64,000 nt of DNA from Squalus acanthias (lineage: Eukaryota), in the NCBI GenBank assembly GCA_030390025.1, contig CM059446.1, positions 56,296,001 through 56,360,000 of the forward strand, in the 5' to 3' direction. Shown piece after piece: positions 11,761 to 24,620 of the stretch (positions are counted from its first letter, which is position 1; every line of letters starts with the position of its first letter). A program made the translations under genes and the position numbers. Below the pieces are notes generated by a model. The model did no database searches. It had not been told where the DNA came from and was given only the letters and a program-made list of their open reading frames with translations.

Positions 11761-11972
11761 ACGCCTATTCTTGCTCATTATGTGCCTAGGCTGCAGCCAG
11801 TTTAAGTGCACTTCATGCTACTAATGTTGTTGCTAATTGTATCAGCACACAGAGGTGGCAAATCCATTATTAAAGCATTGATAGTGCTAAAACCCATCTG
11901 TTTCTAGCACAACTCTCACCAGTTAGACGGTTTGCATTTTCTATTAACAAGACACAGCTGATGGGAATCATA

Positions 11973-12710
11973 GGGGGAAAAAATAGGGTTGCGCCCCCTT
12001 TGGGGCGCTAACTTCACCAGGGCGCTACTTTTAGCGCCCCCACGCCCGAAATTCACTGGTAGCGCCGCAAGAGGGAGGTGGGGCCCTACTGGAAGCGCCC
12101 CGCCTCCCCCTCTTGGGGCGCTGCGAGTGAATATCACGGCGCTACGGCCACAGCGCCACGTCACGCCGCGGTACTGCAGGGCTTCCTCCCCTTATTAAAG
12201 GGGAGGGGCCTAGCACAGCACGACCCGGGGCCCAGCTGGGCCACCAGGGATCGGAGTGCCGGCAAAAGAGCTCGGCACTCAAGAGAAGTGCCAGGCTCAT
12301 GGAGCGCAGTCGGCACCCCGCCGGGGGTGGGGGGGTGGGGCGGGGCTGCACAGAAGGCCGGGGACAGGTGCTGGCAGGCGGCCAGCAACAAAAATGGCCG
12401 CCCAGCACCCCTTCTTTAATTTGCGCCGCCCCGGCCTCAGGTAGGCCCCCCTGACCCTGTTGGACATAGCGTCTGGCGGTAAGTCAAGGGGCGCTACCGA
12501 AGATCGCAGCTGGGGTGCTGTGCATGGCGATGATGTCATCGCCGGAGGCGCAGTGCCATGGGGCACTAACAGTTATCGCCGCCGCTAACCTTCCGCTGAA
12601 TTTCGCAGGAGGCGTTGGCGGCGCCGCACCCAGGCGCGTGTTGCTTTGCGCCCCGTTAGCGCCCTCTTAGGGCGCTAACGGGAGGCGCAAATCAACCGAA
12701 TTTTCCCCCC
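11973..12710. mobile_element. CpG-rich PIF/Harbinger-type MITE
   Basis: Ends GGGGGAAAA / TTTTCCCCC, 3-bp ATA on both flanks, many subterminal TTAGCGCCC/GGGCGCTAA motifs. Confidence 0.7.
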
Positions 12711-12904
12711 ATAGACTTTCTGTTATTGGAGAGTGTTCGAAATCCAATTTATTCGTCTTTTGCTTTGGAGAAAAAAAACAACAGAAATTAGCACTGTCCT
12801 CAGCTAGTCAGTTGCCCTCTGATTAATGCTACCTCTCAGATAAAATTCAACAGTTGATAAAATAATAAACTTTATATTGGCCTTTGAAGGAGTAAATCGT
12901 AGAT

Positions 12905-13262
12905 TCACCAGAATGACAGGGTTAAATTATATGAGGACAGGTAGCATAAACTTAGTTTGTATTTCCTTGAGTTTAGAAGGTTGAAGGGTGATCTAATTGA
13001 GGTCTTTAAAATGATTAAGGGATTCGATAGGGTAGATACAGAGAAACTATTTCCTCGAGTGGGGGAATCCAGAACAAGGGGTGTAATCTTAACACTACAG
13101 CTAGGCCATTTAGGAGTGAAATCAGGAAACACTTTTTCCACACACAGGGTAGTGGAAATCTGGAACACTTTCCCCCCAAAATAGTCTGCAGAATGATTTC
13201 AGATGAACACAGAAACAATGATCCTGCGTCAATTGAAATTTTCAAGACTGAGATTGATTGAT
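12905..13262 (+). mobile_element. CR1 LINE ORF2 C-terminal fragment
   Basis: LEFRRLKGDLIEVFKMIKGFDRVD.EKLFP...RVVEIWN. Confidence 0.85.
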
Positions 13263-13406
13263 TTGTGCCAATGGAAATGAGAAGTGGGAGAGATGTAGAA
13301 CAGGCAGCTGATCAGATATCACCTGTTTTACACTATTGCACAAAGTCAAAATCTCCTTTGATTTCTCCTTTTGGATATTTTTTTCTTTTGCTGTGATATG
13401 TAGAGC

Positions 13407-15370
13407 ATAAGAACATAAGAAATAGGAACAGGAGTCGGCCATTTGGCCCCTGGAGCCTGCTCCGCCATTCAATAAGATCATGGCTGATCTTCTACCTCAT
13501 CTCCACTTTCCTGCACTATCCCCATATCCCTTGATTCCCTTAATATTCGCAAATCTATTGATCTGTCTTGAATATACTCAACGACTCAGCCTCCACAGTC
13601 CCCTGGGATAGAGAATTCCAAAGATTCACCACCCTCTGAGTGAAGAAATTTCTCCTCAGCTCAGTCCTAAATGGCCGATCTCTTATTCTGAGACTGTGAC
13701 CCCTGGTTCTAGACCCCCCCAGCCAGGGGAAACATCCTCCCTGCATCTACCCTGTCAAGCCTTGTAAGAATTTGGTATGTTTCAATGAGATCACCTCTCA
13801 TTCTTCTAAACTCTCAAGAATATAGGCCTAGTCTACTCAATCTCTCCTCATAGGACAACCCCGCCATCCCAGGAACCAGTCTGGTGAACCTTTGTTGCAC
13901 TCCCTCTTAAGTATATCCTTCCTTAGGTAAGGGGACCAAAACTGTACACAATACTCCAGGTGTGGTTTCACCAGGGCCCTATATAGTTGCTGTAAGACGT
14001 CTTTACTCTTATACTCAAATCCTCTTGTAATAAAGGCCAACGTACCATTTGCTTTCCTAATTACTTGCTGTACCTGCATGTTAACTTTCAGTGATTCGTG
14101 TACAAGGACACCCAGGTCCCTCTGAACACCAACATTTCCCAATCTCTCACCATTTAAAAAATACTCTGCTTTTCTATTTTTCCTACCGAAGTGGATAACT
14201 TCACATTTCTCCACATTATATTCCATTTGCCATATTCTTGCCCATTCACTTAGCCTGTCTATATCCCCTTGAAGCCTCCTTGCATTCCCACCCAGCTTTG
14301 TATCATCACCAAACTTGGATATATTACATTTCGTCCCCTCATCCAAATCATTGATGTAGATTGTGAATAGCTGAGGCCCAAGCACTGATCCTTGCAGTAC
14401 CCCACTAGTTACAGCCTGCCAACCCGAAATGACCCATTTATTCCTTCTCTCTGTTTTCTGTCCATTAACCAATCCTCTATCCATGCTAGTATATTATCCC
14501 CAATCCCATGAGCCCTAATGCTGTTTAATAACCTCTTGTGTGGCACCTTATCGAATGCATTCTGAAAATCCAAATACACCACATCCACTGGTTCCCCCTT
14601 ATCTATTCTGCTAGTTACAACCTCAAAAAATTCTAACAGATTTGTCATACACGATTTCCCTTTCATAAATCCGTGTTGACTCTGCCCAATCCTATTATTA
14701 TTTTCTAAGTGCCCTGTTACCACGTCCTTAATAATAGATTCTAGCATTTTCCCTACTACTGATGTCAGGCTAACTGGTCTGTTGTTCCCCATTTTCTCTC
14801 TCCCTCCTTAAATAGTGGGATTACATTTGCTACCTTCCAATCCACGGGAACCATTCTAGAATCTATGGAATTTTGGAAAATGACAACCAATGCATCCACT
14901 ATCTCTATAGCCACCTCTTTCAAAACCCTAGGATGTAGGCCATCAGCTCCAAGGGATTTATCGGCTTTCAGTCCCATTAATTTCTCTAGTACAATTTTTT
15001 TTACTAATACTAATTTCTTTCAGTTCTTCATTCTCGCTAGACCCTTGGTTCTCCACTATTTCCAGGAAGATTTTTGCGTCTTCTTCCGTGAAGACAGACA
15101 CAAAGTATTTGTTTAATTTCTCTGCCATTTCCTTATTCCTCATTATAATTTCTCCTGTCTCAGCCTGTAAGGGACCCACATTTACTTTTGCTAATTTTTT
15201 CCTTTTTACATACCTATAGAAGCTTTTACAGTCTGTTTATATGTCTCTCGCTAGTTTACTCTCGTATTCTATTTTCCCTTTCTTTATCAATTTCTTGGTC
15301 CTCCTTTGCTGAATTCTAAAATCCTCCCAATCCTCAGGCTTACTACTCTTTTTGGCAACATTATAAGCCC
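13407..15370 (-). mobile_element. 5'-truncated CR1/HER1 LINE with frameshifted reverse transcriptase
   Basis: Consecutive ORF pieces: GADGLHPRVLKE, RPVSLTSVVGKMLE, QHGF.KGKSC.TNL, VYLDFQNAFDKVPH, GVLQGSVLGP, SKFGDDTKL; 3' tail of TTCTTATG repeats. Confidence 0.96.
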
Positions 15371-16094
15371 CTTATCATTTTGGGAGATCTGTTTACAGAA
15401 TTCTAACAGTGATGAGAGGCTACAGTAAAGTCACTGTACATTCTGGAAACCATGATGGCACATTGGAAGTCAACAAGTTAATATTAGGATGTTTTATAAT
15501 GTGGTTTGCTGCCAAAAATATCAATTATTTATTTATTATCAAGTTTTGTATTTTACCAGTTTAACATTCACAGTACAGTTCTGCACAACTAAAATGCAAT
15601 AGGTCTATAAGCACAAATTTATTCTAATACAGGAAAACTGCATTGTGGTTTTAGCTTTTATGTATATCAAGGTACACAGGTGAACAAAGTATAACTTGGA
15701 ATAGAAGTAAAAGGGCAGGGGACAGTATCTTGCTTCCTTCTAAATTGCTGATTTGTTTTAACATCTAAATAATGAAAAGTACTGTAAATCTTTTGTAAGA
15801 TTTCTACCAATTTTCTTCACCAACTTGCTCTGCTGTAATTTTGTGTTCTGATATTGCTGTAATTTTCTTCAATTTAAAAAAAAAAATCAACATTCCTTTT
15901 AGAATCGTGCATTCGCAGGTTGTCCTATTGGAAAAAGTCAGTTCGAAATTAGGGAAAAACAACTGAGAAGATCATTTAGGCCATTGAGACAGCTGTCAAA
16001 TCACAGTCCATATAGGCCTTCAGAAATGGGCGTCATTTATTTAACCTGTAGAGAGTAACTTGTCATTACAAAATTAATATAGATGGTGTTATTG

Positions 16095-16210
16095 TTCCCA
16101 CATTACAACAGTGACTCCACTTCAAAAGTACTTCATTGGCTGTAAAGCGCTTTGAGACGTCCGGTGGTCGTGAAAGGCGCTATATAAATGCAAGTCTTTC
16201 TTTCTTTTTT
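16095..16210 (+). mobile_element. Deu-SINE/L2-type 3' tail fragment
   Basis: ggctgtaaagcgctttgagacgtcc...gcgctatataaatgcaagtctttctttc. Confidence 0.8.
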
Positions 16211-16354
16211 TTACCACTGCACTCCCTTGAAAGGTGCTACAAGGCACTGGTACTGGATCTGTGCTGGACAGGATGTTGGCTTTAGCAGATGACATAACAA
16301 TGGTAGCATGTGGTGAACTAAAGGACCAAAGAAACTGAATAGTTTATATGGATT

Positions 16355-16875
16355 GTATGGAATGTGCAGCACAGAATCGGCCCAACTGGTCTCTGCCGGT
16401 GTTTAATCTCCACACGAACCTCCCCCAACTCTAATTACCTCTTCGCACCCTGCCCCCGTATCGCGCTATTCCCTTCTATCTCATGTATGCATCAAGCTTC
16501 CCCTTAAATGCACCAATGCTGTCTGCTTCAACCACTCCAGGTGGCAGTGAGTTCCACAGCTCCCCACTCTCTGTAAAGAAATTCCTCCAAAATTCTTTAT
16601 TTGATCTGTTAGTGGCTATTTTAGATTTATGCCCCTTGTTCTGAACTCACCCACAAGTGGAAACAGTTTCTCCATGTCCACCCTATTGAACCCCTTCATA
16701 ATTGTAAAAACTTTTCTTTTCTAGATAAAAGCCTGCTCAATCTTTCCTGCATCCTCTATATTCTGGTATTAATTTATTTTGCACTTTCAATCTTTTCTGC
16801 ACTTTCTCCAGTGCTTCAATATTCTTTTTGCAGCATGGAGACCAGAACTGTGCACAGTACTCTAAGTGTTGTCCA
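16355..16875 (-). mobile_element. CR1/HER1 LINE 3' fragment, diverged
   Basis: Colinear with 3530-4170. Confidence 0.8.
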
Positions 16876-17120
16876 ATAGAAATACTTACTAGCAGTCTGC
16901 TGCAGAAGAAACAATATACTCTAAAAACTCATAATACTGTGTGGTACCTGCCCTCTGATAATATAAAACCTTCAGCTCCTGCATCACCATCAGATTCCTT
17001 ATTCTTTCAGTATTATTCAGTGCCCCTACCATTGAAGCGATAAGAAAATGTCAACATTGAAATGCTATTTAGAAAAAACGAATCAATATATATATATATA
17101 TATATATGCTTGTGAGCGTT

Positions 17121-17586
17121 AAAAAAGAAAGACTTGCATTTATATAGCACCTTTCATGACCACCGGACATCCCAAAGTGCTTTACAGCCAATTAAGTACT
17201 TTGTGAAGTGTAGTCACTGTTGCAATGTAGAAAACGCAGCAGCCATTTTACGCACAGCAAGCTCCCACAAACAGCAATGAGATAATGACCAGATAATCTG
17301 CTTTAGTGATGTTGGTTAAGGGATAAATATTGGCCAGGACACCAGGAATAACTCCCCTGCTCTTCTTCAAAATAGTGCCATGGCATCTTTTACATCCACC
17401 TGATAGAGCAGACAGGGCCTCGGTTTAACGTCTCATCCGAAAGACGGCATCTCCGATACTGCAGCACTCCCCCGGTACTACACTGGCAGTGTCAGCCTAG
17501 ATTTTTGCACTCAACTCCTGGAATGGGACTTGAACTGACAACCTTCTGACTCAGAGGCGAGGGTGCTACCAACTGAGCCACTGGCT
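17121..17586 (-). mobile_element. Full-length tRNA-derived Deu-domain SINE (SacSINE1-like)
   Basis: Minus strand has box A TGGCTCAGTTGG and a box B-like GTTCAAGTCC, a central Deu-like core and an L2-type tail. Confidence 0.85.
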
Positions 17587-17589
17587 GGT

Positions 17590-18030
17590 TAGGTTGTTTT
17601 TAATTTGAAAATCCTCTCTAATTTTTTCCTATCCTCTCCTGAATGTGCCAACTCCTGCTGGGCTATGGCTCTATGAACTGGTGCCCTGTAGTACTTCACC
17701 CAAGTGGCCTGCCTTTCTTCAGGTGCGAGCCTGATCAACATGCTGGCAAGGTATTTTACAAGGAAACCGGTCATCACAGCCAAACCTGATCTTGTCCACA
17801 CGACTACACTTCCCAGCAAGAGTCATGAGCAGGAATGGGAATCCTAGCTGTCCCTCCCCTCCTCCTCCTCCCCCACCCCCAGCTCAGGGTGCTGAGGCTA
17901 ATTGCAATGCCCCTATTTGCACCCCAGATGAGATTAGCTAACTCAGCACAGACCGGGGATTAAAATTGGGGCAATTCTGGTTGGAATAGTACAATTTTAC
18001 ACCAGGCAGTCAATTTACCAATTAAGCCAT
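17590..18030 (-). mobile_element. AmnSINE2-like SINE
   Basis: Minus strand TCTGTGCTGAGTTAGCTAATCTC hallmark; multiple related copies. Confidence 0.65.
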
Positions 18031-20536
18031 CATTTATAACCCAATCTCAGCATATCACTGACGTTTTTCCCCAAAATGCAGGAAGTTGAGGGTAGAAAAT
18101 GCACGCAAACTTTGCCGTTGCAATTTATAATCCCCATCAGAAATTTAACTGAATTCCAGCCTTGTATCTCACTGCCAGCTATCTATAACCTATATATAAT
18201 GTAGGTTTCCTGCAGTTTTATTACACACTAGCCTTAGTAAGTAATACTTCTATACCTCAGTGCAACGCATTAACGATTTCACGTCATTCAACACAACTGT
18301 CTCATTTTAAAAAACCCAGTATAAGTCGGGCCCCAGTTCCCTATGCCACTTACATTCTACATACACTGCCTCGCAGAATGTGTGCACCAGGTGCAAAGCT
18401 CCTCCCCCAGTGGTTACATTTTAAATGTTTTGACTCTTTAAACTTTTTAATTAATTGCAGGTGGGTCTAAAGTGTTCAGGAGGTTCAAGGGACCTCCCCA
18501 AGGCACTTTTTACACCTGGTTTCACACTGCATTGGATTTAAACTCCACGTGGTGTCAGGCGCTGACTCTGGATTTACATTACAAATTTAGCGTTGGTGAG
18601 AAGCAGAAACTGTTTTGCATCAATGCCAAAGTTAAAGTGTAAATGCACTTAGTTACAGCTGCAAAGAAAGCAGATCCCTACAGCACAATGCAATCAAACA
18701 AAGTGGATGGTAGTTAATTTCTTCTTTTAAACTTAGAATTTTCTTTTGCTTAAAGGACCTTTTCCACTGCAGCGTAGAAAAGATTTAAAGAGGCACCCGT
18801 CTTCTTGAAAAAGTGTCTGTCAAAAGCGCTCTTATTTGCGTACAAATACACAATGCAGTGATGTAAATGCCAATGAGAGGCAACATCCTGTCACTCATAT
18901 ATCATTGTTAGTGTGACAAAAATGCTAAGTGGCTCTTCCCCCCCTGCCCAAACTGAAGAAAAGTGTGCCTCCTTTCATAAAGCACTGCTCTCTGAAAGAT
19001 AACTTCAGTGTAGAATTAAGAATGACAAGTGGCACTGGGACCTGTTCTATATTTTTTTTAGTAGTTCCATTTACAGGTTTCTTAGCTGCTAAAGACTGGA
19101 GCAGCTGCATTAACTGTCACATAAACCAAAGGGCTCACTCTGCAGTGCGTCAGTTCAGAAAACGTCTGTTAATATGATCAGGTCGAACACATTAACAAAT
19201 CAGTAAGGATCCAAATTAAAAAAGGAAATAAACTGCAAAAGCTAGAAATACACAACAGTTCAGTCAGCATCTGCACAGCAATATCAGAATGCACCAGAAC
19301 GGAGAGGATCCTCTTGACTTAGAACCCCGCAGGATGCTAAAATGGAGGAAAGCAGGGCGTCACAGAGAAACCTTCAAAATGGGATTATTCAAAAAAACTA
19401 ATTGGTTTCTTCCACCGCCCCCCAAACTGAAATTAATCTACTTCCCAATCGCAGTATTTAACTTTACACTAAAGTTCCTCTTCTTTAAAGGGATATACAT
19501 TTTGAGATCCAAAAATCCCTAAATACTCTGCTTCAAAAGTCCATAACACCAAAAATAATCTCTTCTCCCCCCCCCACCACCATAAATGAAGAATTTGAAG
19601 TGTTGTGTTCTCAATTATTCAATTTTCATCAGTTCCTCTTTTCACACTGAAGTTATCTAATATCACATATAATGAAAGATCGCATATTAATCCCAATTAG
19701 ATCCGACACCGGGGTCAATCATAGTCACAAGGGGGCTTGCTACTGATCTGGGTCAGAGCAGATACCCCCTGGCCAAGGCACGTGAAGACACCAATGGAGG
19801 ATGCTTCTCAATAATTCTCACTTGGGGTGAAATTGTGCTGTGGGATACAATCATGTTAATATGAAATTCCTTTGCTCATTATTTCAAGAGAGGTTTCAAA
19901 TTAAAGAGTTAGTACCTCTGTTAAAATCAGGCGTGCAGATTAGCATATGAAGTGTTGATGCAGGAATGTCCTATTTGTGACTCTGGAGCACTGGCAAATT
20001 CGACCCTTGAAGTCCAAGCAACTGAGTCTTGTGTAGCTTTTTTTTTTTACTGTCTGGTTTGTCCTGTTCAAATTTTGTGGGCCTGGATGTTTGGAAAGTT
20101 CTTAGCACTGTTGTCTTATTTGTGGATAGATCCTAATCAGAACACCAAGATCAGGTAGTGTAAGCAACTTAGCATATATGTGAATTAACAAAAACATGGA
20201 TTTAAGCTTCATATGTAGCCCTGAAACTCCATGGTAAACACCTGGGAAGCTGAGGAAGACAAAAGATTGGACAAATTCTATTAATATGTTCTAATGCTAA
20301 AGCACAATATGATTTCATCCCCACAATTTTTTCTTTCAATGGAAATGAGAATTAAATTGTACCGTAAAATCTGTTGTCAAGACATACCTGTTTCTGTGCT
20401 TCTATCCTGTTGGTATAAATACCACGTAAGCTCTTGCTCTATGATGGCTGACATAAAGAACTCAAATAGTTATTTACTAGATTTCATTTGGATCCCAATA
20501 TAAAAAGTGGCACAGACACAGCTGCCAAGATCACTT

Positions 20537-20739
20537 TGATGTGGAGATGCCGGTGTTGGACTGGGGTGGACAAAAGTGAGAAGTCGCACAACACCAGGTT
20601 ATAGTCCAACAGTTTTATTTGAAATCACAAGCTTTCGGAGCGCTGCTCCTTCGTCAGGTGAAGTATGACGAAGGAGCAGCCGCTCCGAAAGCTTGTGATT
20701 TCAAATAAAGCTGTTGGACTATAACCTGGTGTTGTGCGA
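20537..20739 (-). mobile_element. Second, shorter fold-back copy of the same Penelope-like element
   Basis: Near identical to the 2653-3283 terminal sequence. Arms 20584-20656 and 20666-20739, 9-nt spacer, direct repeat AAGATCACTTTG at 20527-20538 and 20739-20750. Confidence 0.85.
20625..20661 (-). ncRNA. Minimal type I hammerhead ribozyme motif
   Basis: Minus strand UCAC-CUGACGA-A-GGAGC(AGC)GCUCC-GAAAGCUU-GUGA. The plus-strand copy is truncated at the first C of the core. Confidence 0.7.
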
Positions 20740-21544
20740 AGATCACTTTGGACACCAGTCATAATAGCAATGAGCATCAGAGAATCCATTTCGAGTGACG
20801 CAATGTGGGAAGATGTAGGTTTGATCTTCATCCCAGCTCAGTTCCTGATCTCGAGCCAAGCCAGGCAGAGGCCCTAGCTGGAGCACTTCCTGAAGGGGGT
20901 AGGGAAAACCAAAAGTGGTGGAGGGGGGGGGAGTGATTTGGTTATAATTATTTGGAAGCAGGCTGACCACCTGATTTTTCAGCAGCAGGGGCGCAGGACC
21001 TAGGCAGGACCAAAAAACACCAGGGAGAACGCTGAGGATGCCTGCCCTTCATCGGAAGGTAAATTCCCTCAGCAAGAACATTTTAGAAGTAAAGCGTGAC
21101 AAATGTAGAGTAAAACTCCATCTACTCAATCCCAACAATCTGCCTTAACTCTAATCTCAAAATTAAATCCTAAACTTGCATGCCAGCCATTGCTTGCAGC
21201 ATTGATGAGGCTGCCGATGAAGTGCGAATCATAGCTAGCTGTGCTATCAACTTACTTACTAGGATGAAACTGCCCAAATTCATTTTACATAGCATCCTTA
21301 CAGCAAGTGGAGATATTAGACCTTGATTGCATAAGTGTGGGCTGGATTCAAAATTGGTTCCCTGAAGTGAAGAAGATTGTGCTAATCCACTGTGTCGCTA
21401 GTCTCTTAAATTTCATCTTTAGTAAGAAAAGTATGATCACGCTTAGAGATTTTAATTTTTTTTTAATCTTGCCCTATTCACAGCAAATGTTCCCTGTTGC
21501 CATTATAATGGAAACAGAAGTAGTTTCACTAGTAGCGAGCTAGG

Positions 21545-21930
21545 TTTGGGGTTCAAGCCCCAATCCAGGAATTGAGGACATAACCTATGCTGACACTTTA
21601 GTGTAGTACTGAAGGAGTGCTGCATTATCGGAGATGTTATCTTTTAAATGAGACATTAAGCCAATGCCCTGTCTGCCTGTTCAGGTGGATGGAAAAGATC
21701 CCTTGCTACTAATTGAAGAAGCGTGTCTCAGCCAACATTCATCCCTCAACCACCTGCATCAAAACAGATTAACTGGTCATTTATCTTATGTTATTTGTTG
21801 GATGTTGGTATGTGCAAATTGGCTGTCATGTTTGCCTACGCAACAACGACTACAATTCAGAAGTAATTCATTGGCTGTTACATCTGGAGGACATCAAAGG
21901 TGCTATATAAATGCAAGTTCATTCTTTCTT
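21545..21930 (+). mobile_element. Deu-SINE, diverged
   Basis: Reverse-complement similarity to 17121-17586. Confidence 0.75.
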
Positions 21931-22244
21931 AGTCAGCATGGACCATGTGTAATGCACAGCACTGATATACAAAATCTTTGGTGCAATATACACTATTTCG
22001 CTGATCCAAAAACTGTGCACGTAAGGCAAACAGACACACTAAGATGAATACCACACAAAGTAAATGAACATACAGAACCTAGCTTTTTTCTTTTTTTTTT
22101 GATTTGCCATGCCTCATCCTGCTGACCCACAATCATGTCAGACGATGTACACATTTTTATAGAAGCACACGTTTTGCAGCTGGCTTGAGGAAATAGTAAC
22201 TTAAAACTCACTTTTGTTCAGGAATTTCATTTTTTGAGACCAAT

Positions 22245-23143
22245 ATTGGGCGTTTGCTAACAATTTTATTTAATGTAAAGTTTTGGAAAATCAGCAGAAA
22301 ATGGACACTACTGAACAAAATAAGCAACTTCTTTAAAAGGAACAACATTACTGTAATGCATGGCAGTTGTGTGGCTGCACAGACTAATCCAGTGATCAGT
22401 GCAATGCACAGTAGAGTGATGGCAACAAACTGGCTGATTTTATCAATACAAAGACTGTACATAATGTGCATATTTTATCCAAAACCCGTGTTTCAAAAAG
22501 TAAACACTGTAATTACATTTCATAGCTTTGGATTTTTGTTATAAATATTGCCAAATTATTTAAAATAAGTGACAAAAGAAAACAATAAATTTAAGGCCCA
22601 ATATTTGTTTGCATTCAAAATGCAGTAAAGCATTTACAGGAAAATAAGTAAAAATCCAAAATTCTAATTGTTTTCAAACAGTGAAGAATGGCAGATGCTT
22701 GTCTTGCTCTCCATACTTACCATACCTCCATGCCCAATGACAGGATCACTCTCTCTAATAGCAGCACTGCCAGCCTTACAGGAGAAGGGGAAAATGTGTC
22801 AGAATTCACACAGGACAAGCGGGCACACATGAACGGTGCAGCGAATTAGACGTGAAACTCCTGGACTCCGCTGCTTGAAATGTGATGACCCCCTGCGATC
22901 TAACCCCTCTCATAGACTGTCTATAGATCACGTCATGATGGCTGTAATTGAGACCACCTGCCAAGTCAGAGGACAGTTACAGATGTTGTCTACTCAAAGA
23001 GAGATAATGTAAGGCGTGCTGTGGTCACGGAACACTCTGCTACATTGATCTGGCAACACTGGAGGGGAAAAAACAATTGCTTGCTCTGCTGAGATTTTGT
23101 TGTCTTGATAATGTTCTTTGTCTACAGTCACTGGTGACGTTGG
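22245..23143 (-). other. MAP2K5: MAP2K5 3' UTR (end approximate)
   Basis: Repeat-free sequence after the stop codon, AU-rich in its distal half, ending at overlapping poly(A) hexamers. Confidence 0.6.
22265..22274 (-). terminator. Candidate polyadenylation signal (overlapping ATTAAA/AATAAA)
   Basis: Minus strand CATTAAATAAAATTG, about 870 nt downstream of the MAP2K5 stop. Confidence 0.55.
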
Positions 23144-23248
23144 TCACTGGATCCCCTGTTGAGAGCGCCTCTCTTCAAGCATCCTGCAAACCCACATGGA
23201 AACCACCTCTGCATTCCTGTCGTTGTACTGCACTACAAATGGGTGAAC
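23144..23248 (-). CDS. MAP2K5: MAP2K5 terminal coding exon, VHPFVVQYNDRNAEVVSMWVCRMLEERRSQQGIQ*
   Basis: Acceptor tttctttgcag|GTTCAC, TGA at 23146-23144. Matches recalled MEK5 C-terminus HPFIVQFNDGNAAVVSMWVCRALEERRSQQG. Last intron is 29,873 nt. Confidence 0.97.
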   Translation of the reverse strand, partial: VHPFVVQYNDRNAEVVSMWVCRMLEERRSQQGIQ

Positions 23249-23899
23249 CTGCAAAGAAAGGATACAAAAAAAATAAAAGGGAAGAACGTAACAGAGCTAA
23301 TGTTACTTTGCAAGTAGCCCAAGTAAAGGAAGGAAACATTTGTGGATTAAGCTAGTAACTATTAAGGCCACGTGAGGATGTACCTTTTCCCCCCAGGTTT
23401 CTCCATGTAGAAATTCCCCATCAGAACTGACCACAGAAGGAAACACACAAACATACATTCCCTGTAGTTTAATATCCTAATTCAGTGATGCTGCACTCTT
23501 GGTGTGAAGCCTCGCTCGACATGAGTGCGGGTCCCAGAACAGCCCTATAATATTAAGGGACCTATCTGCGACCTAGCTCCCATTAAATGAGGATCCACAG
23601 CAGGAGCACAGCATCGCTGAAATTACCTTCTATTACACACCACAGAAAATTTTATTTACATTTCCCGTCGCAAAGGATTCAAGTTTTACATACTGTTGTG
23701 TTGAATAGTCTTGTATTGAAAAGAAAACACTGATGCATGTCTCAGAACTACAACGTGCATTAATATAACGCTCCTTGTGTGTAGGAAGGTGGGCAAAGAG
23801 TAGCCACCTGGAAGGGGAAGAGATGTGTGTGTGAAAGCACAAAGAGAACAAGCATAAGGAGGCTTTTCAAAATAGGCAGCTGATGGGAACAGAGAATTG

Positions 23900-24620
23900 G
23901 AGGAGGTCTCTGAGGCAACATGCAGCAAGGCTTTATCAGAATTTGAAGGTGAGAACAAGGATCTTAAAATCAATTAGTTGGGGTGTGGGGAACCAGTTGA
24001 GGTGATGGGAGGTGTGGGCGAGGACATGGGCTGCAGTGTTTTGGAAGAATTGTATTTTGGAGGTCAGCAAGGAGAACATTGGAGAACTCCAGCTTTGAGG
24101 CAATAAAGGCGTGGATGAGCATTCGAGCAGTGGCGGGGGAGAAGTAGGCGATGTTTGAGGTGAAAGGAAAGAGTCATGCTAATGATTCAGATGATTTGGG
24201 AGGAGGGGGGGAGGGGGGAAAGGAGGAAACTGAGTTTGGAATTGAGCAGCAAACCAAGGTTCTGCAACTCTGGCCGAAACCTGAGATAGCAGCCAGCAAG
24301 TTTGATGGAGTTGAGGCCAAATGTGCATAGAGGTATGCAAGAACAGAAAAGAGGGTGGCTTTGGTTTTGCTCACATTTAGCTGGGGGAAGTTTTGTCTGA
24401 TGCAGGTCTTAATATTGGACAGGCAGTTGGAGAGTGGCGCCAGCCTTGGGGTCGATTAAGGGAGTGGAAGCACAGAGTGGCATAATGTATATGTGGAAGC
24501 TGAACTCATGCTTCTGGATAATGTAATCAAGAAGTAAAATATAAATGTAGAGTAGGGGCCAAAGATGGAACCCTGGGGTATACTCGAGGTGACTGTGTGA
24601 GCATGGGGGGTGGGGGGGGT
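23900..24620 (-). mobile_element. Old L2 LINE ORF2 fragment
   Basis: VTSSIPQGSIFGP and DYIIQKHEFSFHIY resemble L2 RT motifs GVPQGSILGP and SFHMYADD. Confidence 0.7.

Noticed and set aside
13837-14484. Longest ORF (215 aa) as a host gene or active reverse transcriptase
   Set aside because: It is one frameshifted piece of a 5'-truncated CR1 LINE, with FGDD in place of FADD and a small deletion after it.
17500-17586. tRNA genes at box A/box B motifs (also 51650-51720)
   Set aside because: They are SINE heads continuous with SINE bodies; no complete cloverleaf.
1-22200. SKOR1 exons or a U6 snRNA gene expected from synteny
   Set aside because: No Ski/Sno domain coding sequence or U6 sequence is visible; the GC-rich patches are MITEs.
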